Notes under the pieces: model-generated
What the model was told of the DNA's origin: nothing
The model's input: only the letters and a program-made list of their open reading frames with translations
The model's database searches: none
NCBI GenBank assembly: GCA_003560665.1
Contig: PWKK01000023.1
Span: forward strand, 110,417-174,416
Direction: 5' to 3'
Origin: Candidatus Nealsonbacteria bacterium
Lineage (GTDB): Bacteria; Patescibacteriota; Minisyncoccia; Minisyncoccales; PWPS01
DNA length: 64,000 nucleotides
Shown here: positions 26,728 to 37,023 of the stretch, in pieces
How the letters are laid out: each line of letters opens with the position of its first letter
Position numbering within the stretch: position 1 is the first letter of the stretch
Position numbers and translations under genes: made by a program

Positions 26728-27738
26728 TTAATTTTTGTTTTTCTTTCTCGCTTCTTCTCTCAAGTTTTCTATTTCGTCTGTTTCATCGACAACACTGCCG
26801 ATTATTTGCTCTAAAACATCTTCCAATGTTATCACTCCTTGTGTTCCACCGAAGTCGTCAACCACTAGTGCCAAATGACACCTTGTTTTTCGGAAAACGG
26901 GGATAAGTTCGTCTATTTTTTGACTCTCCTGAACGCTGATTACTTTTTTGTTGGCAAAAGAATTGATTGTTTGTTCTTTTTTCCCTTGTGAAAAAGCGAT
27001 AAGAAGATCTCTCTGATGACAAATACCGACAATATTATCTAAGTTCTCCTTGTAGACCGGGATTCTTGAGTGGGAAAGAGAATAAATCTCTTCTTCTAAA
27101 TCCTTGAGTTTTTTGCTTCCCTCAAAGGCGGTAATCACTGTTCGAGGAGTCATCACGTCTCGTGCCTGAAGGTCGTTTAAAAGGAATACCCGGTGAATCA
27201 TCTCTTTTTCGTCTTCTTCAATAACTCCTTCCAAAAAACCGATATTGCTTAAAGTTCTTATCTCCTCTTCAGAGATAGTTTTCTTCTTTTTTGGCAGTGG
27301 TCGAGTAAAAAGTTCAATTAAATGAATGAGGGGAGTAAATACTTTGGTGGTATAAAAAAGTGGTTTTGCCAAAAAAAGAATTATCGGAGTGGCAAAAGTG
27401 TCCCCGATGCTCTTCGGGATAATTTCTGCGAAAATAATTACCAGGAAAGTAAAAATTGCCGAGAAGACACCTATTTTTGTACTTCCAAAAATGTCAGCAG
27501 CGATGCTCCCTATAAAAATGCTTCCGGCGATATTAAAGATGTTCGTAAAAACGACAAGAACGGTAATTGTCGGACGAATATCCCTTTTAATTTGCAGGAG
27601 ATACTGAGCATTCTTCCTTTTCTGGTTTACCAGTATTTTCGCCCTATTCAACGGAGTGCTAAAGAGGGCTGCCTCTGTCGCAGAAAAAAAGGCGGATCCG
27701 AGAAGTACTATAAGGATTGCGATAAGAAGAAGATCCAT
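26728..27738 (-). CDS. CNNM/DUF21 + CBS-pair (hemolysin/CorC-like) protein
   Basis: SAFFSATEAALFS, EIIPKS, VMTPR, HSRIPV, VDDFGG..TLEDVLE. Confidence 0.92.
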   Translation of the reverse strand: MDLLLIAILIVLLGSAFFSATEAALFSTPLNRAKILVNQKRKNAQYLLQIKRDIRPTITVLVVFTNIFNIAGSIFIGSIAADIFGSTKIGVFSAIFTFLVIIFAEIIPKSIGDTFATPIILFLAKPLFYTTKVFTPLIHLIELFTRPLPKKKKTISEEEIRTLSNIGFLEGVIEEDEKEMIHRVFLLNDLQARDVMTPRTVITAFEGSKKLKDLEEEIYSLSHSRIPVYKENLDNIVGICHQRDLLIAFSQGKKEQTINSFANKKVISVQESQKIDELIPVFRKTRCHLALVVDDFGGTQGVITLEDVLEQIIGSVVDETDEIENLREEARKKNKN

Positions 27739-27751
27739 GTTTTTGTAAAAG

Positions 27752-27825
27752 TCGGGCCGGCGGGATTTGAACCCACGATCTCACGCTCCCCGAGCGTGCG
27801 CCCTAAGCCGCTAGGCCACGGCCCG
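27752..27825 (-). tRNA. tRNA-Pro(GGG) with atypical C33
   Basis: C1-G72, A73; anticodon arm CACGC-UCGGGGA-GCGUG; T-loop UUCAAAU. Confidence 0.9.
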
Positions 27826-27837
27826 TTTTAGAGCAAA

Positions 27838-28062
27838 CTAGTTATCCTCTTTACCCAGTGTTTTGATACACTTAGTGCAGGCAATTACTTTTTGGCCGGC
27901 ATAGGGTTTGAAATTTTTTCTTTTGGTATCTTTCGGAACAAAAGCTTTTTGAAGATTGGGACGCTTTCTTTTTTTGGGAGTTGGATTATATTTTGACATC
28001 AACTTCTTTCTCGCACTCTCCATAACCGAAGTTTTTTCACAAATTTGACACATTCTTGGCAT
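27838..28062 (-). CDS. rpmB: 50S ribosomal protein L28
   Basis: MPRMCQICEK..RPNLQ..CTKCIKT. Confidence 0.88.
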   Translation of the reverse strand: MPRMCQICEKTSVMESARKKLMSKYNPTPKKRKRPNLQKAFVPKDTKRKNFKPYAGQKVIACTKCIKTLGKEDN

Positions 28063-28201
28063 TTTTTTAAAGGGTTTTTGTAACCTATTTATTTATAACA
28101 GGCTCAATTATAATGGAAATATTTATTTTTTCAAGTTGTGTGAAATATGAGCTTGTGCAATCTGTTTGCTCTTCTGATAAATTTTTGTTATGATACTCTT
28201 C

Positions 28202-28849
28202 ATGGAAACTTGGATACTTATTTTTATAGTTCTTATCTTTTCAGCGATACTGCACGAGTATGCGCACGGTTATGCTGCTTACGCCCTAGGAGACCCTACG
28301 GCAAAAAACATGGGAAGATTAACTCTTAATCCGGTTCCCCACATCGATCCCTTTTACACCATTCTCTTGCCGATAATAATGATTATTTTACCGACCAACT
28401 TTATCATCGGAGGAGCAAAGCCGGTGCCGATAAATCCTTTTAATCTTAGAGGGAGGTATGCACAGATGAAGGTTGCTCTTTCCGGTCCCGGATCTAATAT
28501 TGCTTTGGCGCTGGTGTTCGGTCTCTTCATTCGTTTTCTTCCCGTTGTGAGGGAAAATGAATCTTTGTTTTTTGCTTTTTCCGCGGTGGTGTTTGTTAAT
28601 CTGCTTCTCGCTGTTTTTAATCTTTTGCCGATTCCTCCCCTTGACGGTTCTCACGTTCTCTTCACCTTCTTCCCCGGAATTTCCGAGAAGATAAAAGTTT
28701 TCTTTGCACAGTACGGCTTTCTTATCTTTCTTGGCATAATTTTCTTTTTTGCAAATTTCATCTTTTACTTTCTTTTTGTTGTTATCGCACTTCTCTTTTA
28801 TCCAATCACCGGAGTCTCCCTGATGGAGTTTCTCGCATTACTTTCTTAA
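28202..28849 (+). CDS. Site-2 protease (M50)
   Basis: HEYAH, GDPT..GRLTLNP, NLLPIPPLDG. Confidence 0.93.
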   Translation: METWILIFIVLIFSAILHEYAHGYAAYALGDPTAKNMGRLTLNPVPHIDPFYTILLPIIMIILPTNFIIGGAKPVPINPFNLRGRYAQMKVALSGPGSNIALALVFGLFIRFLPVVRENESLFFAFSAVVFVNLLLAVFNLLPIPPLDGSHVLFTFFPGISEKIKVFFAQYGFLIFLGIIFFFANFIFYFLFVVIALLFYPITGVSLMEFLALLS

Positions 28850-28922
28850 ATTAGCTCACACTACCAGCTTAAGGTGCCCAAAGGGATACGAAATGACACT
28901 GCTCTTTTAAACATACTGGAAT

Positions 28923-28950
28923 TTGACATTTTGTTTTTTTTGTGTAAGAT
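28923..28950 (+). promoter_or_regulatory. str operon promoter
   Basis: TTGACA-16 bp-TAAGAT. Confidence 0.6.
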
Positions 28951-28994
28951 ATTCATGCAGAGGTTCACAAACCTTGACGGTTTGTTTTTTATTT

Positions 28995-29408
28995 ATGCCA
29001 ACAATAAATCAACTTATAAAAAAAGGAAGAAAGAGGCAGAAAGGGAAAGACAAATCCCCGGCTCTTTCCTATGGTTTTAATAGCGTAAAAAACAGAAAGT
29101 CTTACTACTCTTCTCCTTTCAAGAGAGGTGTTTGTATTAAGGTGACGACAACGACACCAAAGAAGCCGAACTCGGCACTTCGTAAGGTGGCAAGAGTAAG
29201 AGTTTCTAACGGTGCGGAAGTAACCGCTTACATTCCCGGAATTGGACACAAACTACAAGAACACTCAGTGGTTATTATCAGGGGAGGAAGAGTGAAAGAC
29301 CTTCCTGGTGTTCGCTATCACGTAGTTCGTGGGACACTTGATGCGACTGGTGTTGAAGAGAGAAAAAGTTCAAGAAGTAAGTACGGAACTAAAAAGGGGA
29401 AAAACTAA
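28995..29408 (+). CDS. rpsL: 30S ribosomal protein S12
   Basis: [24 protein letters not shown]. Confidence 0.98.
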   Translation: MPTINQLIKKGRKRQKGKDKSPALSYGFNSVKNRKSYYSSPFKRGVCIKVTTTTPKKPNSALRKVARVRVSNGAEVTAYIPGIGHKLQEHSVVIIRGGRVKDLPGVRYHVVRGTLDATGVEERKSSRSKYGTKKGKN

Positions 29409-29411
29409 ATT

Positions 29412-29891
29412 ATGTTTGAAGAACAAGGAAAGAAAAGCTACAAGCTACAAACGATTCATCCTGATCCGCTCTACAACAGCGTGGTAGTTTCTAAATTTAT
29501 AAACCACGTAATGCGCAAAGGGAAAAAAGACACAGCCAAAAAGATAGTTTATGGCGCTTTCGAAAAGATAAAAGAACGAGAAAAAAGAGAGCCTTTGGAG
29601 GTGTTTCAGTCTGCAGTTGACAACGTTTCTCCGACAATGGAGGTGCGTAGCAAGAGAGTGGGGGGAGCAACCTACCAAGTACCGATGAAGGTTAACAGGA
29701 AACGTTCAATGAGTCTTTCGATGCGTTGGATTGTGGGAGCGGCAAAAACAAAGAAAGGAAAACCGATAAACGAAAAACTTGCCGATGAACTTGTCAGCGC
29801 TTCCAAAAACGAAGGCGATGCTGTGCGAAAGAAAGAAACAATGCACAAGATGGCGAAGGCGAACAAAGCCTTTGCATATTTGGCAAAATAG
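29412..29891 (+). CDS. rpsG: 30S ribosomal protein S7
   Basis: RVGGATYQVP, MAKANKAF. Confidence 0.98.
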   Translation: MFEEQGKKSYKLQTIHPDPLYNSVVVSKFINHVMRKGKKDTAKKIVYGAFEKIKEREKREPLEVFQSAVDNVSPTMEVRSKRVGGATYQVPMKVNRKRSMSLSMRWIVGAAKTKKGKPINEKLADELVSASKNEGDAVRKKETMHKMAKANKAFAYLAK

Positions 29892-29932
29892 ATGAAATAG
29901 TAAATTAAAACACATTAAAGAACACAAACATT

Positions 29933-32053
29933 ATGGCCAGAGAGTATCCAATTGATAGATATCGAAATATCGGTATCATCGCCCATATTGACGCGGGAAA
30001 AACGACCGTTACGGAGCGTATTCTTTTTTATACGGGAATATCACACAAGATAGGTGAAACACACAGCGGAGAATCGATAATGGACTGGATGGACCAAGAG
30101 AAAGAAAGGGGGATAACGATTACTTCTGCAGCGACCACTTGTTTCTGGGTTCCTTCGGGATTGGAAAAAAAGAAGGAGAACGAGTACAGAATAAATATTA
30201 TTGACACTCCCGGCCACATTGATTTTACGGCGGAAGTACAAAGATCAATGAGGGTTTTAGACGCGGCGGTTGTTGTCTTTGACGGAGTTGCTGGAGTGGA
30301 GCCGCAATCGGAAACGGTGTGGAGGCAAGCAGACAAGTATCACGTTCCGAGAATCTGTTTTGTTAACAAGATAGACAGAACAGGTGCTTCCTTTGAAGAT
30401 TCTTTGGCCTCGATTCGAGAAAAACTAACTCCCGACGTTGTCCCGATGCAGCTTCCGGTTGGAGAAGAAGAAAACTTTAAGGGAGTAGTAGATTTAATTA
30501 AAAGAAAATTTATTGTTTTTGAAGGAAGCTTTGGAGAGGTTTTAAAAGAAGAAGATGTTCCCGAAGAGATGAGAGAAAAGGTAGAGCAGTGGAGAAGCGA
30601 GATGATAGAAAAAGTGGTTACCGAAGATGAAGACCTTTTCGAGCGGTACATGCAAGGGGAAGAAATAAGTGAGGATGAGATAAAGGGTGTTCTAAGAAAG
30701 GCTGTGTTGGGTTATCGCGTAGTTCCTCTTTTTTGCGGAACTGCTTTGAAAAACAAAGGGGTTCAGCCGGTGCTCGATGCTGTCTGTCAGTACTTTCCTT
30801 CACCAACAGATCTTCCGCCTGTCGAAGGAGTTGATCCGAAAACGGAACAACCGGCGCAAAGAAAACTTACTGACGAAGAGCCTTTTTCCGCACTTGCCTT
30901 CAAGCTTGCAAACGATGCGTATGTGGGAAGTCTTACTTTTTTGCGTGTGTATTCGGGGAAGCTGTCTAGCGGATCATATATTCTTAATGCCAATACCGGA
31001 GAAAAAGAAAGAATCAGCAGGGTCCTTAGAATGCACGCCGATCAGCGTGAAGAACTGCAAGAAGTTTACGCAGGGGACATTGTTGCGGCGGTAGGACTGA
31101 AAGGGACTTCTACCGGACATACTTTGTCCGATACAAATTGTCCTATTGTCCTAGAAGAGATATCTTTCCCCGAACCAGTAGTTTCTATTCGCGTGGAACC
31201 GAAAACAAGAGAAGATCAAGAGAAGATGGGGCTTGCTCTCCGCAGACTGGCAGAGGAGGACCCTACCTTCAGGGTAGAAGGTGACATCGACACAGGAGAA
31301 ACAATCATTTCGGGAATGGGAGAGCTTCACTTGGATATTATTGTTGACAGGATGAAAAGAGAATTTAAAGTTGCGGCACAGGTAGGACAACCTCAAGTTG
31401 CCTACAAAGAAACAATTAGAAGGATGGCGGACGAAGAGGGAAAGTATATCAAACAGAGCGGAGGAAGAGGGCAGTATGGTCACGTTAAGATGAAGATTGA
31501 ACCGTTAGTAGATGGGGGAGATAAAAGACTGGATTTTATTGATGAAATCAAAGGAGCGGTTATCCCGCAAGAGTATATTCCTGCCGTTGAAAAGGGGATT
31601 GAAGAGGTGATGGACGAAGGTGTTCTTGCCGGATACCCGATTGTGAATATCAAGGCCACGCTTTATGACGGATCTTTTCATGAAGTGGATTCTTCAAAGA
31701 TGGCGTTCAAGATAGCGGGATCAATCGGATTCAAGGAGGCCTACAGAAAAGCGGACCCGGTTCTTCTTGAGCCTTTCATGAAAGTAGAAGTGATTATTCC
31801 CCCCGAGTATTTAGGGGACGTAATGGGAGACATCTCTTCGAGAAGAGGAGAGGTTGATTGTACCGAAGAAACGAAAGGGAAAAGAGCACAGAAAATTATT
31901 CGTGCTAAAGTCCCGCTTTCCGAGATGTTCGGATACGTGACAACACTACGGTCGCTTACAAAAGGAAGAGGTAATTATTCGATGGAGTTTGACAGTTACA
32001 AAGAGGTTCCCTACAATATTGCGCAGGAAATTATTGAAGGAAAGAGAAGCTAG
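29933..32053 (+). CDS. fusA: Elongation factor G
   Basis: [29 protein letters not shown]. Confidence 0.98.
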   Translation: MAREYPIDRYRNIGIIAHIDAGKTTVTERILFYTGISHKIGETHSGESIMDWMDQEKERGITITSAATTCFWVPSGLEKKKENEYRINIIDTPGHIDFTAEVQRSMRVLDAAVVVFDGVAGVEPQSETVWRQADKYHVPRICFVNKIDRTGASFEDSLASIREKLTPDVVPMQLPVGEEENFKGVVDLIKRKFIVFEGSFGEVLKEEDVPEEMREKVEQWRSEMIEKVVTEDEDLFERYMQGEEISEDEIKGVLRKAVLGYRVVPLFCGTALKNKGVQPVLDAVCQYFPSPTDLPPVEGVDPKTEQPAQRKLTDEEPFSALAFKLANDAYVGSLTFLRVYSGKLSSGSYILNANTGEKERISRVLRMHADQREELQEVYAGDIVAAVGLKGTSTGHTLSDTNCPIVLEEISFPEPVVSIRVEPKTREDQEKMGLALRRLAEEDPTFRVEGDIDTGETIISGMGELHLDIIVDRMKREFKVAAQVGQPQVAYKETIRRMADEEGKYIKQSGGRGQYGHVKMKIEPLVDGGDKRLDFIDEIKGAVIPQEYIPAVEKGIEEVMDEGVLAGYPIVNIKATLYDGSFHEVDSSKMAFKIAGSIGFKEAYRKADPVLLEPFMKVEVIIPPEYLGDVMGDISSRRGEVDCTEETKGKRAQKIIRAKVPLSEMFGYVTTLRSLTKGRGNYSMEFDSYKEVPYNIAQEIIEGKRS

Positions 32054-32175
32054 GTTGGGGTGTGGACTTTTTTTAAAAAATATTATATTATTCTAGGGCT
32101 TAGAAATTAAAAGTAAAAAGTAAAAAACTAACAACTCCCTAACACTGCATTGCAATGCGGTGTGGAGAAAAAAAC

Positions 32176-33372
32176 ATGGCAAAAGAAAAATTTGAAAGAG
32201 GGAAACCTCACTTAAACGTAGGAACAATCGGGCACGTTGACCACGGTAAAACAACCCTTACTGCGGCAATGATTAACACTCTTCACTTGAAAGGACTTCT
32301 TGATAAAAAAACAAGTGTTGAAGAGATTGATTCTGCACCTGAAGAAAAGGCGAGAGGGCTTACAATTTCTATTTCTCACCGTGAGTATCAGACAGAAAAT
32401 CGCCACTATGCTCACATCGATTGCCCGGGACACGCGGATTACGTAAAGAACATGATTACCGGAGCGGCACAGATGGACGGAGGAATTTTGGTTGTTTCTG
32501 CAACTGACGGACCGATGCCACAGACAAGAGAGCACATTCTTCTTGCGCGTCAAGTAGGACTTCCCTCGTTGGTTGTCTTTTTAAACAAAGTTGACATGGT
32601 TGATGATCCGGAGATGATTGATCTTGTGGAGTCGGAAGTCAGAGAACTTTTGACCAGTTACGAGTTTCCCGGTGACGATACTCCGATTATCAGGGGTTCG
32701 GCATTGAAGGCGCTCGAAGCTAGTTCGGCGGACGATAAAGCACTAGAACCGATCATGGAGCTGATAGAAGCGATGGACAGTTACATCCCCGAACCGGAAA
32801 GAGATGTGGATAAGCCTTTTTTGATGGCGGTGGAAGATGTTTTCTCGATTGAGGGTCGTGGAACCGTTGCTACCGGAAGAATTGAACGTGGAGTTATCAA
32901 CGCCGGAGATGAGGTAGAGATTGTCGGACTTCGCGATACCACCAAGACAACAGTGGTAAGCATTGAAATGTTTAACAAGACTCTTGACCGAGGAGAGGCG
33001 GGAGACAATGCCGGAATTCTGCTTCGAGGAACAAAGAAAGATGACATTGAAAGAGGACAAGTACTGGCAAAGCCGGGATCGATTACTCCTCACACCGAGT
33101 TTGAAGCAGAAGTGTATATTTTAGGAAAAGACGAAGGAGGAAGGCACACACCGTTTTTTAAAGGATACAAGCCGCAGTTCTATATGAGAACAACCGATGT
33201 TACCGGAGAAGTTGAACTTCCCGAAGGAACGGAAATGGTGATGCCCGGAGATACGGCAAAACTGAAAGGAAAGTTGATTGCGCCTATTGCCCTCGAAGAA
33301 CAGCAAAGATTTGCTATTCGTGAAGGAGGAAGAACTGTTGGAGCGGGTGTTATCGGTAAAATTATTAAATAG
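32176..33372 (+). CDS. tuf: Elongation factor Tu
   Basis: [29 protein letters not shown]. Confidence 0.98.
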   Translation: MAKEKFERGKPHLNVGTIGHVDHGKTTLTAAMINTLHLKGLLDKKTSVEEIDSAPEEKARGLTISISHREYQTENRHYAHIDCPGHADYVKNMITGAAQMDGGILVVSATDGPMPQTREHILLARQVGLPSLVVFLNKVDMVDDPEMIDLVESEVRELLTSYEFPGDDTPIIRGSALKALEASSADDKALEPIMELIEAMDSYIPEPERDVDKPFLMAVEDVFSIEGRGTVATGRIERGVINAGDEVEIVGLRDTTKTTVVSIEMFNKTLDRGEAGDNAGILLRGTKKDDIERGQVLAKPGSITPHTEFEAEVYILGKDEGGRHTPFFKGYKPQFYMRTTDVTGEVELPEGTEMVMPGDTAKLKGKLIAPIALEEQQRFAIREGGRTVGAGVIGKIIK

Positions 33373-33402
33373 AATATTGGGATTTAGAACTTTAAAGAAT
33401 TG

Positions 33403-33726
33403 ATGGCAAAAGAGAAGGAAGTAAAATCAAAAATTCGCATCCGTCTTCGTGCTTATGATCACAAGGTGATTGACACCAGTGCAAGGCAGATTATTGATAC
33501 GGCTCTCCGTTACGGGAGTGAAATTTTAGGACCCACTCCTCTTCCGACAGAGATTAAGAAGTATACGGTAAACCGTGCCACTTTTGTGCACAGCAAATCC
33601 AAAGAACAGTACGAGGTTAGAGTGCATAAAAGAATAATTGATATTCTTAACCCCGGGGCAAAAGTTCTTGACGCGTTAAGAAATCTGACCTTGCCGGCCG
33701 GAGTGAATATTGAGATTAAGATGTAG
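33403..33726 (+). CDS. rpsJ: 30S ribosomal protein S10
   Basis: IRIRLRAYDH, GPTPLPT. Confidence 0.97.
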   Translation: MAKEKEVKSKIRIRLRAYDHKVIDTSARQIIDTALRYGSEILGPTPLPTEIKKYTVNRATFVHSKSKEQYEVRVHKRIIDILNPGAKVLDALRNLTLPAGVNIEIKM

Positions 33727-33819
33727 TAGCTAAAACAACTACATCTGATCTTTACAATTTTTGTTGCCTCGAAAGCTGGGCAAAGGCCCAGTTTTCCATT
33801 GAAAAAACACCGCAAAAAC

Positions 33820-34413
33820 ATGAAATTTATTATCGGGAAAAAATTAGGAATGACACAAGTCTACGATGAAAAGGGAGATGCATTTCCCGTGACTTTGGTT
33901 GAGGCCGGACCTTGCAAGGTAACGGACATCAAGACAAAGGAAAGAGACGGATACGATGCGGTGCAGATGGGCTTTGTGGAGCTGAAAGAAACGAAGGTAA
34001 AAAAACCGCAAAAGAAAAAACCTTACCGTTATTTAAGAGAAGTAGAGGGGGCTTTTGACGTTTCCCTTGACGACAAGTTTTCCGTAGATCTTTTTTCTCC
34101 GGGAGACAAGATTAAAGTGAGAGGAACATCAAAAGGAAAAGGATTTGCCGGAGTAATGAAGAGGTGGAACTTTAGTGGAGCGGGAACCGCTTCTCATGGA
34201 ACAAAACACAACAATCGCAAAGGAGGATCGATAGGATCAATGTTTCCCCAAAGAGTGATGAAGGGGAAAAAGATGGCCGGGAGAATGGGAGCGGACAGTG
34301 TGACGACAAAAAACCTCCTTGTTGTAAGTGTTGACCCGGAAAAGAACACTATCGCTGTGAAAGGATCTCTTCCGGGAAAAAACGGAGGATTGGTAACGAT
34401 TGAAAAAATATGA
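33820..34413 (+). CDS. rplC: 50S ribosomal protein L3
   Basis: GKKLGMTQ, SKGKGFAG, KMAGRMG. Confidence 0.97.
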   Translation: MKFIIGKKLGMTQVYDEKGDAFPVTLVEAGPCKVTDIKTKERDGYDAVQMGFVELKETKVKKPQKKKPYRYLREVEGAFDVSLDDKFSVDLFSPGDKIKVRGTSKGKGFAGVMKRWNFSGAGTASHGTKHNNRKGGSIGSMFPQRVMKGKKMAGRMGADSVTTKNLLVVSVDPEKNTIAVKGSLPGKNGGLVTIEKI

Positions 34414-35045
34414 CAAAAGCTGATTTACACAATATGAAAGGGGAAAAAACGGGAGATATTAATCTTCCCGGAAGTATTTTTGATGTAAAAATTAACCCCG
34501 ATCTTATCTATCAAGTTGTGCGGATGCAGATGCTCTCGAGAAGACAGAATACTGCACATGCAAAGGACAGGTCAGAAGTAAGAGGGGGAGGAAGAAAGCC
34601 GTGGAGACAGAAAGGTACCGGAAGAGCGAGACACGGATCAAGTCGGTCTCCGATTTGGCGAGGAGGAGGAGTTACTTTCGGCCCCAGAAACGAAAGAAAC
34701 TACAAAAAGAAGATTAACAAAAAGGTAAAGAGGAGCGCCATTTTTATGGTTCTTTCCGCAAAACGAGAAAAAGATTTAGTGTTTTTTGTCTCTGATTTAG
34801 ACATTAAAGAACCGAAAACAAAACAGATAAGAGAGTTTTTGAAAAAAACATTTTGCGACAAAAGCACACTGATTGTTCTTCCGGAAATGAAAAAAAACGT
34901 TATTCTGGCAACAAGAAATATTGATAATGTTGATACAATCCAGGCAAAAGACATGAACGCCCTAGACCTTTTGTCCTATAAGTATCTTGTTATACCCAAA
35001 AAGGCGGTCGATGTGATAAAAGAAAGCTTTTCAAATGAGAAATAA
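34410..35045 (+). CDS. rplD: 50S ribosomal protein L4
   Basis: KPWRQKGTGRAR. Confidence 0.97.
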   Translation: MTKADLHNMKGEKTGDINLPGSIFDVKINPDLIYQVVRMQMLSRRQNTAHAKDRSEVRGGGRKPWRQKGTGRARHGSSRSPIWRGGGVTFGPRNERNYKKKINKKVKRSAIFMVLSAKREKDLVFFVSDLDIKEPKTKQIREFLKKTFCDKSTLIVLPEMKKNVILATRNIDNVDTIQAKDMNALDLLSYKYLVIPKKAVDVIKESFSNEK

Positions 35046-35355
35046 GATGAAGAAAGAAAATGTAACAACAGAAGACAGAGCTAGAAGGTACGCCTTAAAG
35101 AAACCGCACATCAGCGAGAAAGCGACTGATTTATCGGGAAAGGGTTTTTATACTTTTAAAGTGGAAAAAGGTTCCAATAAAAAAGAGATAAAGGAAGAGG
35201 TTGAAAAAAAATACAAAGTTGATGTAACCAGTGTCAAGGTAGTAAATGTTCCCTCCAAAAAGAGAAGAGTGGGAAGAACCGAAGGAACAAAAAGGGGGTA
35301 TAAGAAGGCGGTTGTTAAGTTGAAAAAAGGACAAGTAATTGACTTGACAAGTTAA
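35035..35355 (+). CDS. rplW: 50S ribosomal protein L23
   Basis: PHISEKA, YKKAVVKL. Confidence 0.95.
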   Translation: MRNKMKKENVTTEDRARRYALKKPHISEKATDLSGKGFYTFKVEKGSNKKEIKEEVEKKYKVDVTSVKVVNVPSKKRRVGRTEGTKRGYKKAVVKLKKGQVIDLTS

Positions 35356-35380
35356 TCTATAAAATGTAGAGTACAAAATT

Positions 35381-36163
35381 ATGTTATCCCAAAAGGCGAA
35401 AAAAAGAAGAAAGCTGATTGTTCCCTTGAAAAAGCATGCCGGAAGGTCAAATCAAGGAAAAATCACCGTAAGACACAGGGGGGGAGGAGCAAAGCGCCTT
35501 TACAGGAGGGTTAATTTTGGACAAGAACCTCTCGATGTTGAGGGAACGGTTGTCGGTATCGAGTATGACCCTAACAGAACCGCAGACATAGCCCTTGTCG
35601 AGTATAAAAACGGAGAAGTTAAATATATTCTTGCTCCGCAGAAGATGAAAGAAGGAGACAAAATTATTAATGCGGAAAAAGCGGAAGCTAGGCCCGGAAA
35701 CAGAATGCGATTAAAAAACGTCCCGGTAGGAACAGTCGTCTGTAACATCGCTCTTCATCCTGACGGGAAAGGAAAAATAGTCCGTAGTGCTGGAGCAGGT
35801 GCCTCGGTGCTTGCGCACGAAGGAAAGATGACACACTTGAAAATGCCTTCGCGAGAGGTGCGAAAAGTAGCCAGCATGTGTTTTGCAACAGTGGGGGAAG
35901 TTTCCAACTCTGAACACAGATACCGAAAGATAAAGAAAGCGGGAACGTCAAGAAAGATGGGAAGAAGACCGGTTGTTCGCGGTTCGGCAATGAATCCGGT
36001 AGATCATCCTCACGGAGGAGGAGAAGGAAAAGCTCCGATCGGAATGCCTGCACCGAAGACCCCTTGGGGAAAGATTGCGAGAGGAGTTCGTACTAGAAAA
36101 AGAAAGCAAACCGACAGGTATATTATCAAAAGAGCGACAAAAAAGAAAAGAAGTAAAAAGTAG
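35381..36163 (+). CDS. rplB: 50S ribosomal protein L2 (short N-terminus)
   Basis: GKITVRHRGGG, EYDPNR, MNPVDHPHGGGEG. Confidence 0.97.
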   Translation: MLSQKAKKRRKLIVPLKKHAGRSNQGKITVRHRGGGAKRLYRRVNFGQEPLDVEGTVVGIEYDPNRTADIALVEYKNGEVKYILAPQKMKEGDKIINAEKAEARPGNRMRLKNVPVGTVVCNIALHPDGKGKIVRSAGAGASVLAHEGKMTHLKMPSREVRKVASMCFATVGEVSNSEHRYRKIKKAGTSRKMGRRPVVRGSAMNPVDHPHGGGEGKAPIGMPAPKTPWGKIARGVRTRKRKQTDRYIIKRATKKKRSKK

Positions 36164-36193
36164 AAAAATCAGATATTTTTCAATTTTAAAATT

Positions 36194-36481
36194 ATGTCAA
36201 GAAGTTTAAAAAAAGGTCCCTATATCGACGAAAAGCTGCTAGAAAAGGTGAAAAACCTGAAAGCCGGTGACAATAAGACGGTGATAAAGACGTGGTCGCG
36301 AAGCGCGGCGATTACACCGGAGATGATCGGAAAAACTTTCGGAGTTTATAACGGAAAAGAGCATATAAGAGTTTATGTAACCGAAGAAATGGTGGGACAC
36401 CTTCTTGGAGAGTTTTCGCCAACGAAGAAGTTTGTTCGGCACGGAGGAAAGATGCAAAGAGAGCAAGAAAAGAAAAAGTAA
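36194..36481 (+). CDS. rpsS: 30S ribosomal protein S19
   Basis: [19 protein letters not shown]. Confidence 0.97.
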   Translation: MSRSLKKGPYIDEKLLEKVKNLKAGDNKTVIKTWSRSAAITPEMIGKTFGVYNGKEHIRVYVTEEMVGHLLGEFSPTKKFVRHGGKMQREQEKKK

Positions 36482-36492
36482 AGCATTAAATT

Positions 36493-37020
36493 ATGTCTGT
36501 TGAAGCAAAACTTAAATATTCAAGAATTGCCCCTCGAAAGGTTCGCTTAGTAGCTAACCTTGTTCGTGGTCTTCAAGTCGAAGAAGCGGAGAAGTTGCTT
36601 CAATATACAGTTAAAAGACCTGCAAATCCGATGTTGAAATTGTTGCGGTCGGCCATTGCCAATGCGGAACACAACTATAATCTCAAGAAAGAAAACCTTT
36701 ATATCTCAGAAATCAGGGTAGACGGAGGACCGATTATTAAAAGATTTCGTCCGAGAGCAAGAGGTTCCGCCTCTGCAATTCAGAAAAAAACATCACATAT
36801 TTTTATTGAACTGAAAGAAAAAGAAGAAACAGTAAAATCAGCAAAGAAAACAAAAACAGAGGCACCGACAATCAGAAAAGTCTATAAAGAGGAAAAACCG
36901 AAAGAAGAAACCACACAGCAGCCAAAAGCAAAAAGAGACCTGGAAAGAGAGAGAACAAAAGAACCGACAAAAGAAGCAAAAGGCGAGAAAAAACAAATTT
37001 TTAGGAGAAAATCTATTTAA
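36493..37020 (+). CDS. rplV: 50S ribosomal protein L22 with C-terminal extension
   Basis: APRKVRLV, SAIANA, PRARG. Confidence 0.96.
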   Translation: MSVEAKLKYSRIAPRKVRLVANLVRGLQVEEAEKLLQYTVKRPANPMLKLLRSAIANAEHNYNLKKENLYISEIRVDGGPIIKRFRPRARGSASAIQKKTSHIFIELKEKEETVKSAKKTKTEAPTIRKVYKEEKPKEETTQQPKAKRDLERERTKEPTKEAKGEKKQIFRRKSI

Positions 37021-37023
37021 AAA

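Noticed and set aside
27322-27831. 169-aa plus-strand ORF
   Set aside because: Antisense to the CNNM gene and to tRNA-Pro
28850-28920. Minus-strand words TATGTTTAAAA and TATCCCTTTG shared with the 15.3-kb leader
   Set aside because: Spacing differs (16 vs 28 nt), the words are AT-rich, and no shared fold is evident
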